From an uncultured Nitrososphaeraceae archaeon (GTDB lineage Archaea; Thermoproteota; Nitrososphaeria; Nitrososphaerales; Nitrososphaeraceae), in NCBI GenBank assembly GCA_964531845.1, contig CAZHFI010000001.1, forward strand, positions 14,454 through 78,453: a DNA stretch of 64,000 nucleotides. Direction: 5' to 3'. The stretch's first letter is position 1. Each line of letters starts with the position of its first letter. Positions 58,110-64,000 of this stretch are shown piece after piece. The translations under genes and the position numbers were made by a program. Under the pieces are notes generated by a model, which saw only the letters and a program-made list of their open reading frames with translations, ran no database searches and was not told the origin of the DNA.

Positions 58110-60242
58110 TCAAAGTTGTATCTTTGATAAATTTAAAGCAGTACAAATTGGGCATTTTTCATGATTTGGTCCAAACGATTTTTTACCGCATACTCCACAG
58201 ATATATACAGTTTTTACAAACTTTACAAATGGTAGGTTTATAGAATCTATAATCAAGTCCCGTATTTGTGATGATTCAATATTGTCTACATCTATATTAA
58301 TTGAAGTACCACTGCTTAGTAATTTATCAAATTCATGACAATCATCTATCAATTCTACAGAGTGGTTAGTATCTGAATGAACTAAATTACTTGCTTTAAT
58401 TGTTATTCCCTGAGTATAGGAATTATTTAGAAATTCGTTTGATATTGATGATTTTCCGTATTTATTCGCATCCATCTCGATTAAACGTCCTCCACTTTCA
58501 TCTTTAATACTAGTCAACCCTATTTCTACATCAGGAAGATGTTCCTTTCTGAATTCTTCTATTATGCTTTCAGCTGTTTTCAAGACTTTTGTGATTATTT
58601 CTCGCCTTTCCTTTGGATCTTTATAACCCAGAATGTCTGTTACAGCTTCCATTGTCCCGGTCAGATTAATAGTTGCACATATCCTTCCAAGTTTCATATT
58701 GTCAGTGTTTCTTGATAGTAAGGGAAGATGATTCCTTCTAATTAGATCAGTTATTGTGGATTTACGAAGAGAAAGAGCCGAAATTGTTGGTTTTAACAAT
58801 AATGCAAGTTTAGCTCTGAAATAAGTTTCATCTTGATTTGACTGATATGCTATTCTGGGCATATTGATTGATAGTGATTGTAAGGTAATCACGGTATCTA
58901 AATCCATACTTCGACCTTTTTTAATAAGACCATCTCTTCCCCTTATGTCGTTTTTAGAGAGTGAGATAATACCACCTATGTCTATAATTTGAACTATTGA
59001 ATCAATACAATGAACAAAGTTATTTTTATCCATCCCAGATAATATAATACCAATTCTTGGAATAGGAGTTATTTCAACATAATTTTTATAACTATTTAGA
59101 ATAGATATGACAATTTCATGATTATCTTTTTCTATCTGAATAAAAATAGAAATCATAGGATTTCCATTTGGTTCAAAAGTACCAGAAATGGAAGATAGTA
59201 CAAACATATTTGTAAGTCGTGAAGAAAAGTTTTTCGGATCTATATTAGTGTTAGATAGATATTGAACCAATCCTGTGATAACTATTTCACGAGAAACTTC
59301 GTTACTAAGAGTAGATGCAACTAATGGCAATATGATTTCCATGTTATTGATGTCTGGACTAATTCGTGATAATGATAGAGATTTTCCTTTTAAATCTAAG
59401 CCTCGTTTAATTATATTTGATAGATCAATAAAGATGGTATCAGCGAGTAAATTCCACGTTCCATTTTTTGAAATATTGATATCTCCACTTAGATGAAGAT
59501 CAGAAATATCTTTTGGAAGTGAACTATTCAATAATAATTCTGAAAAGACCAACTGTGAAACCTTTGAGGTAACGTCATGAATACTTTCTGAAGTATTATC
59601 AATGCTATTCATAACAGAAACGAGATCGACTATCGGTAATCCAACTCTTGCGAGTTTGTTTCGATAGTCTTCATATCCATGTTCTACCAATATCCCGTTA
59701 ACAATTTCTCTGATTAAAGATGAAGTTAAATACACATTAGGAAATTTGTAAATTTTGTTTTCTACTTCCTCTGTGAGTTTGTGAGCCATCTCTAATGGCA
59801 TATTTGCCTCTCTAACTAATGATTGAATAATCTTATCAGAGTTAAACTCTTCAATTGTTTGTTTAGTTGTTCTAACATACATTTTACCACTTTCTACTAT
59901 GGATCTTTCCTCTATCTGTCTGGCAAGACTTAGAACTAATTTACCAAGGTTAGTGATCGTATACCTTCTTTCCGATTTATTTAAAGCAACTAATGATTGT
60001 CGTAATAGCTTTCTTAGATGATATGCAAATTTTCCTGATTCTTTCTTTGATTTAAAACCAGCAAGAGATTTTAGTTCAGAATATGTGAGAGGCCCTTTAG
60101 ATTTTAAAATTCGGAGGATATCAATTCTATTAGGACTTGCCATCACAGAAAAGATCATTCTTACTTTTCTAGTGGCATTTTCTAGAATTCCACCCCGTTT
60201 TGATACAGTTGGAGTTGTAAGTTCATACTTCAACTGGTCCAT
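58110..60242 (-). CDS. winged-helix (ArsR-like) + ATP-cone + NrdD-like (class III RNR-like) protein lacking the glycyl-radical tail; candidate regulator
   Basis: wHTH segment MASPNRIDILRILKSKGPLTYSELKSLAG. ATP-cone KMYVRTTKQTIEEFNSDKIIQSL...IREIVNGILVEHGYEDY. NrdD-like DLHLSGDINISK. The C-terminal CGVCG-x10-CPIC ribbon is followed by only 9 residues, with no RVxGY-type glycyl-radical loop. Confidence 0.75.
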   Translation of the reverse strand: MDQLKYELTTPTVSKRGGILENATRKVRMIFSVMASPNRIDILRILKSKGPLTYSELKSLAGFKSKKESGKFAYHLRKLLRQSLVALNKSERRYTITNLGKLVLSLARQIEERSIVESGKMYVRTTKQTIEEFNSDKIIQSLVREANMPLEMAHKLTEEVENKIYKFPNVYLTSSLIREIVNGILVEHGYEDYRNKLARVGLPIVDLVSVMNSIDNTSESIHDVTSKVSQLVFSELLLNSSLPKDISDLHLSGDINISKNGTWNLLADTIFIDLSNIIKRGLDLKGKSLSLSRISPDINNMEIILPLVASTLSNEVSREIVITGLVQYLSNTNIDPKNFSSRLTNMFVLSSISGTFEPNGNPMISIFIQIEKDNHEIVISILNSYKNYVEITPIPRIGIILSGMDKNNFVHCIDSIVQIIDIGGIISLSKNDIRGRDGLIKKGRSMDLDTVITLQSLSINMPRIAYQSNQDETYFRAKLALLLKPTISALSLRKSTITDLIRRNHLPLLSRNTDNMKLGRICATINLTGTMEAVTDILGYKDPKERREIITKVLKTAESIIEEFRKEHLPDVEIGLTSIKDESGGRLIEMDANKYGKSSISNEFLNNSYTQGITIKASNLVHSDTNHSVELIDDCHEFDKLLSSGTSINIDVDNIESSQIRDLIIDSINLPFVKFVKTVYICGVCGKKSFGPNHEKCPICTALNLSKIQL

Positions 60243-60261
60243 TGCACCCGATATACTATCT

Positions 60262-60310
60262 AAGTGATTAAAGCTACTTTGTAAACTTTTGTTAACTATT
60301 GAATAAATTC
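60262..60310 (-). promoter_or_regulatory. candidate shared promoter/operator block upstream of the wHTH-ATP-cone gene
   Basis: The plus strand reads tAAGTGATTAAAG..TACT..TTTT..AACTAT..ATAAAT, collinear with 58041..58088. Confidence 0.3.
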
Positions 60311-60334
60311 AATTCAACAATAACCTTCGATGGA

Positions 60335-60952
60335 TTATGTCTCAATTAATAATTCTTTTTCAGACACCTGTTCATCAATAAATTCATCCCGGGGAACGTA
60401 TAACACCTCATCAACTATAGGAGGCATTGGCAAACGCGATTTAGTTTCTTCAGTTATTCTATCCTTAATTTCGTTAAATATATCCAATGCATCTGAATTC
60501 AATGGAGTATCAATATTAGGGATATCAATTTTCAAATTGGTATCACTAAGAATATCACTTGTAACGGAATTCATATCTTCAAGTATACTCCTTGCTACTG
60601 GTAGTGTTTGAGAAATATCTTTCTGTATATCTTTAATAGTATCTACCATAGGGTTAATTGTATCTAAGATATCTGCAAATTCATTTATTGTTGTAAATCT
60701 AATGACCATAACTTCCAAGGCTAGACTGAGATTCTGAGTAGTTGTTTTAATTTTTCGAAGATTTGCCAATTCCGCTGCAAGCATCTTAGCTCTTTCAGTA
60801 TTACCTTTTTTTAAATTTTCTCTAATTTTTGAATAAAGTGTAACATCCATTTTAGAATATTTCTTGTCGAGCATCCTCAGGATATCAAGCTGTTTATTTA
60901 CTACAATACTTGCATTAGATAAATCGTTTCTTGAAAGAGGATGTTTATTCAT
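60335..60952 (-). CDS. cdvB: ESCRT-III / Snf7-family protein (CdvB-like)
   Basis: 205-aa helical protein. Basic N-terminal helices (LKKGNTERAKMLAAELANLRKIK) are followed by an acidic C-terminal part, which is the typical ESCRT-III charge asymmetry. The thaumarchaeal context supports the call. Confidence 0.6.
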   Translation of the reverse strand: MNKHPLSRNDLSNASIVVNKQLDILRMLDKKYSKMDVTLYSKIRENLKKGNTERAKMLAAELANLRKIKTTTQNLSLALEVMVIRFTTINEFADILDTINPMVDTIKDIQKDISQTLPVARSILEDMNSVTSDILSDTNLKIDIPNIDTPLNSDALDIFNEIKDRITEETKSRLPMPPIVDEVLYVPRDEFIDEQVSEKELLIET

Positions 60953-61096
60953 AGAGTAGGTTAAACTTTTTTCCTTGTTAATATGCTAGTTAATCTATCT
61001 AGACTAATTGATTTCATAAAGCTCATTAAGAATATCAAATTTTAAACAGAAACATCAAGAAAATATTTTAATAAAAACGAAACACTTAGAGGATTA

Positions 61097-61486
61097 CTAT
61101 TCAATTTTTTCAAGAATCAATCCATGGCCATGATTAAACCCTATTACCTTGACTCGCGTCTTCAATGGTAGATCCTCTGGTTTCTTGATACCAGTAAGGA
61201 AACCAGATGTTCTAAGATTAGTCCCATCCAATTTAAAAACAACCCAAGCGTAGCTTTCTACATCCTCAAATCCTTCAGGAGCAACGGCTTGAATAGTATA
61301 TGTTTCAACACTTCCTATTCCATCAACCTCTGTAGATTCAAAATTTTTATGATAACATTTTTCACAATAAATAACTGTTTCCAGCATCATGTGACCACAG
61401 TTCTTGCATTTATTTAACAAAATTTTTGAACGATTTGCTGCAATAATGAATTTTTGTCTGGGTGTTAGAATTTCGTTATCTGACAT
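61097..61486 (-). CDS. DUF35 Zn-ribbon/OB-fold protein (thiolase partner)
   Basis: CKNCGHMM...YCEKCYH rubredoxin-like ribbon followed by an OB-fold segment. It lies 5 nt downstream of the thiolase gene. Confidence 0.85.
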   Translation of the reverse strand: MSDNEILTPRQKFIIAANRSKILLNKCKNCGHMMLETVIYCEKCYHKNFESTEVDGIGSVETYTIQAVAPEGFEDVESYAWVVFKLDGTNLRTSGFLTGIKKPEDLPLKTRVKVIGFNHGHGLILEKIE

Positions 61487-61491
61487 CTAAA

Positions 61492-62652
61492 TTACTCTAC
61501 CTTTTTAAAAATATGTACTGCGGCACTAGCTCCGGTCGCTCCAAAGTTATGTGTAAGTCCTATCTGAGCATCTTTTACAGTTCGTTCTCCTGCATTTCCA
61601 GTAAATTGATCAAATATTTCAACAACCTGCCCAATTCCTGTTGCACCTATTGGATGACCTTTAGATTTCAATCCTCCGGATGGATTTATAGGTATTTCTC
61701 CAGATAACCTAGTAGCACCATCTCTTATTGCCTTTGCCGCTTTTCCTTTTGGAAAAAATCCCAAATCCTCAACATCAATTATTTCAGCAATTGTAAAACA
61801 ATCGTGGACTTCAGCAAAATCGATATCGGAAGGAGATACACCAGCCATCTTATATGCTTGTTTTGCAGCAATCACTGTGCTGGGTATGGTAGCAATATCT
61901 TCTCTTCCCTGAACAGCAGCAGGAGATGCGCCTCTTCCTGACCCGATGACTTCAACATAAGGACGGCCACTTTTTTTTGCAAATTCTTCATTACACAATA
62001 TTACCGCGGATGCACCATCGGAGAATGGACAGCAATCATAAAGTTTTAATGGTGAGGCAACAATAGGTGATTTTAATACATCATCTATTGTAATTTTTTT
62101 TCTCATATGGGCTTTTGGGTTTAATACACCGTTTTCATGATTTTTTACAGCCACATAAGCAAGATCAGTCTCATCGGCTTGAAATTTTGACATATAGTAG
62201 CGAGCAATCGAAGCAAAAAGTCCAGGGAATGAAGCACCATTTCCACCTTCATAAAAGAAATCAGAGCAGTAAGAGAACAGTGTTGTGCTTTGAGAAGTGC
62301 CTGTGTGTGTAACTTTTTCTACACCCACTGCCAACACACAGTCATAAAAACCAGCCGCGACATTTGCAAATGCTTCTCTAAACATAACAGAACCTGACCC
62401 ACACGCAGATTCTATAGTCAACCCGGGAACATTTGGAAGTCCTAAATTGCTCATGATTACAGGAGCCATGTGAACTTGTTTATCAGCAACTCCAAAAACA
62501 TTTGAAATATAACCTGCTTGGATCTGGCCTGGAGAAATTCCAGCGGAATCTATTGCAGATGTAGAGGCATTTAATGCAATTTCTATAATACCTTCGTCCA
62601 GTTTACCATACTTGGTACTTCCGGCACCTAAAATACAAACCTTATTAGTCAT
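61492..62652 (-). CDS. thiolase (acetyl-CoA C-acetyltransferase / acetoacetyl-CoA beta-ketothiolase, archaeal type)
   Basis: Active-site Cys region ESACGSGS, C-terminal GLKSKGHPIGATG and THNFGATG. Length 386 aa. Confidence 0.9.
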   Translation of the reverse strand: MTNKVCILGAGSTKYGKLDEGIIEIALNASTSAIDSAGISPGQIQAGYISNVFGVADKQVHMAPVIMSNLGLPNVPGLTIESACGSGSVMFREAFANVAAGFYDCVLAVGVEKVTHTGTSQSTTLFSYCSDFFYEGGNGASFPGLFASIARYYMSKFQADETDLAYVAVKNHENGVLNPKAHMRKKITIDDVLKSPIVASPLKLYDCCPFSDGASAVILCNEEFAKKSGRPYVEVIGSGRGASPAAVQGREDIATIPSTVIAAKQAYKMAGVSPSDIDFAEVHDCFTIAEIIDVEDLGFFPKGKAAKAIRDGATRLSGEIPINPSGGLKSKGHPIGATGIGQVVEIFDQFTGNAGERTVKDAQIGLTHNFGATGASAAVHIFKKVE

Positions 62653-63554
62653 AGAATTACAAAAGATATATTATAAATTTATACCTTATTGAAAAAATCA
62701 TTAGAATATTGAATGATTATAGGTATAGAAAAATTAAAGTACTATTACTGTGTTCTCCATTAAAATTATGTTGTATTCAATCGTCATAGACTCGGTTCGA
62801 GTCCACATTAATCATTATGATAATAATTTGTGTTTTGCAGTCTTATATTTATAATAAATAACGAGTAAATTAAGGACGAGATAATTTTTTCATTTTATTT
62901 TAGAATAATTTTATTTTGCATTCGTGTTACAAGGAAATAGAAAACAATTTTCGATCTACTGTGTTGTCTAGAACAACATTCTTACCTCATGACATAACAA
63001 TAATTAACAAACCTTGTAGTCATTCCTAGAAATCCTAATTTATATTTCTACAATGTCGTTTTCATAAGGTGATTGATATAATCGATTTTTAGTAAATTGC
63101 ATAACTCGATTTCACATCTAGTCACCATGGCAATAAAAATTAAGTACGGAAAAAATATTCTACTTTTGAACATGATTATGAAAATTATCTTGTTAAAAAC
63201 AATTTTTGCTTGGAAATCAGTATTCCTTGAATAGTTACCAATGATCGAGTGATAATTTATAAAAATTTGTTGTTATCCCGTCTAGATGACATTCCTGTAT
63301 GTTAAATCTAAATATCAATTTACTATATAACAAGTATTTGAACAGAAACGGTAGACCTAAATCACATGCAACTCCGTACAGTACTAGCGGACAAGTGATG
63401 TCTTGATTTTTGTTAAACTTGGTGCCAAAAAAAGTGAAAATATAATTTTTACATAATAAAATTGATGATTTTCTTTATCTGATGAATTTGCCCAGTTATA
63501 GAACTGCTACCTCTTATGTTGATATTCTTTTAATTGCAGACTCGAATTAGATGG

Positions 63555-63827
63555 TTAAACTTCCGAGTCTCTTTCTTGAAATGCAGTTGCTTTTGAATAT
63601 TCATTGGTATTTTTAGCAAGAGTATTTTGATATTCCCTGTTGTTTATTATTTCATATTTGAACAAGATCTCTAACAATGTTTCTACATGCAATTTAACTT
63701 CCTCAATATCATTGATTTCTCTACCACGATTTGCTTGGTTATATCGTTCCTCATTATTTTGTTTAATTTTCTTTTTCACAAGAGGAGATAGCATGATGAT
63801 TAATAAAAATAATCCTCTTGCAATCAA
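63555..63827 (-). CDS. hypothetical protein with N-terminal TM helix
   Basis: 90-aa ORF: a hydrophobic N-terminus (GLFLLIIMLSPLV) followed by a charged soluble part. It competes with the antisense ORF 63640..63972. Confidence 0.3.
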   Translation of the reverse strand: MIARGLFLLIIMLSPLVKKKIKQNNEERYNQANRGREINDIEEVKLHVETLLEILFKYEIINNREYQNTLAKNTNEYSKATAFQERDSEV

Positions 63828-64000
63828 GAAGAAAAAAATTTTATATGAATCATTTTCTTTAGAAATTATGAATAAAAAATTTCGAAGGACAAAAACCTTC
63901 AGTTCAAAACGATCTTTAAGTAAAAAATATGCAAAGAATATGAGAAGAATAAATAGAAAGGCACGATATTAGATAATATAAGTATGATTCTTTTACATCT

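Noticed and set aside
60298-60313. 7-2-7 palindrome ATTGAATAAATTCAAT upstream of the wHTH-ATP-cone gene
   Set aside because: Arms this short are common in AT-rich DNA, and the palindrome is absent from the nrdJ upstream region. The collinear block similarity reported as a finding is the stronger signal.
62789-62804. tRNA-like T-arm sequence GACTCGGTTCGAGTCC
   Set aside because: Read as a canonical T-arm (CTCGG-TTCGAGT-CCACA), only 2 of the 5 stem pairs form. The upstream 60 nt are AT-rich, with no acceptor, D or anticodon arms. At best it is a relic and not a tRNA gene.
63187-63474. 96-codon stop-free frame on the minus strand (..DITCPLVLYGVACDLGLPFLFKYLL..)
   Set aside because: It has no ATG or GTG, and a TTG appears only late in the frame. 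I recognise no motif. A frame of this length can arise by chance a few times in six-frame translation of 64 kb. I noted it only as a possible relic under the thiolase finding.
63640-63972. 110-aa plus-strand ORF with a very basic C-terminus (KKFRRTKTFSSKRSLSKKYAKNMRRINRKARY)
   Set aside because: The first half is antisense to 63555..63827 and looks like a shadow frame. The basic tail is what A-rich DNA yields by chance, and I recognise no match to a small ribosomal protein (L39e/L41e pattern absent).
1-64000. Scan for CRISPR arrays, rRNA, tRNA, C/D-box sRNAs (RUGAUGA...CUGA) and tandem repeats
   Set aside because: I found no regularly spaced direct repeats and no GC-rich cloverleaf-sized islands in the intergenic regions. 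The few intergenic ATGATGA or TGATGA boxes (near 22145, 37038, 42459 and 63482) lack a CUGA box at the right distance. A by-eye scan cannot exclude divergent sRNAs.

Overview
This is an AT-rich archaeal chromosome segment; hand counts of single 60-nt lines give about 27-42% G+C. The gene content points to an ammonia-oxidising thaumarchaeon of the Nitrosopumilales type. Supporting genes are class I LysRS, PurP, Elp3, EndA, Cgi121, r-proteins L40e and S17e, an ESCRT-III/CdvB-like protein, adenosylcobalamin class II RNR, thiolase plus DUF35, and the archaeal ADH-synthase/DHQ-synthase-II entry into the shikimate pathway. I support about 60 protein genes, and most are housekeeping.

Gene groups:
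- An aromatic amino-acid supercluster on the minus strand (33611..45476): tyrA, a chorismate mutase-aminotransferase fusion, aroC, aroA, GHMP-type aroK, aroE, aroD, aroB', aroA'.
- Nucleotide metabolism genes: purP, pyrH, an HD dNTPase-like protein, nadE, purM, pyrB, nrdJ.
- A tRNA-centred plus-strand cluster (47550..53002): elp3, lysK, DHH, tsaC, THUMP.
- Several secreted or anchored hypothetical proteins.

I found no rRNA, tRNA or CRISPR array.

Observations most worth a second look:
1. A 710-aa wHTH + ATP-cone + NrdD-like protein with no glycyl-radical tail sits directly upstream of nrdJ, and the two upstream regions look similar.
2. Two near-identical 140-bp MITE-like elements with terminal inverted repeats and 9-bp target duplications bracket an SDR gene.
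3. Two insertions interrupt the otherwise overlapping aro operon. One is an orphan SPPY-type DNA methyltransferase. The other is a 1.6-kb AT-rich block with an orphan ORF and a perfect 16-bp-arm palindrome.
4. A P-loop kinase gene has its N-terminal beta-strand out of frame across an A7 run.
5. A decayed cupin pseudogene lies next to an L40e gene that is too short for the ORF track.
6. A divergent pair of secreted proteins both have a predicted mature N-terminal His.

All coordinates and motif calls were made by eye from the sequence and the ORF track. No searches were run, so family assignments rest on recognised motifs only.
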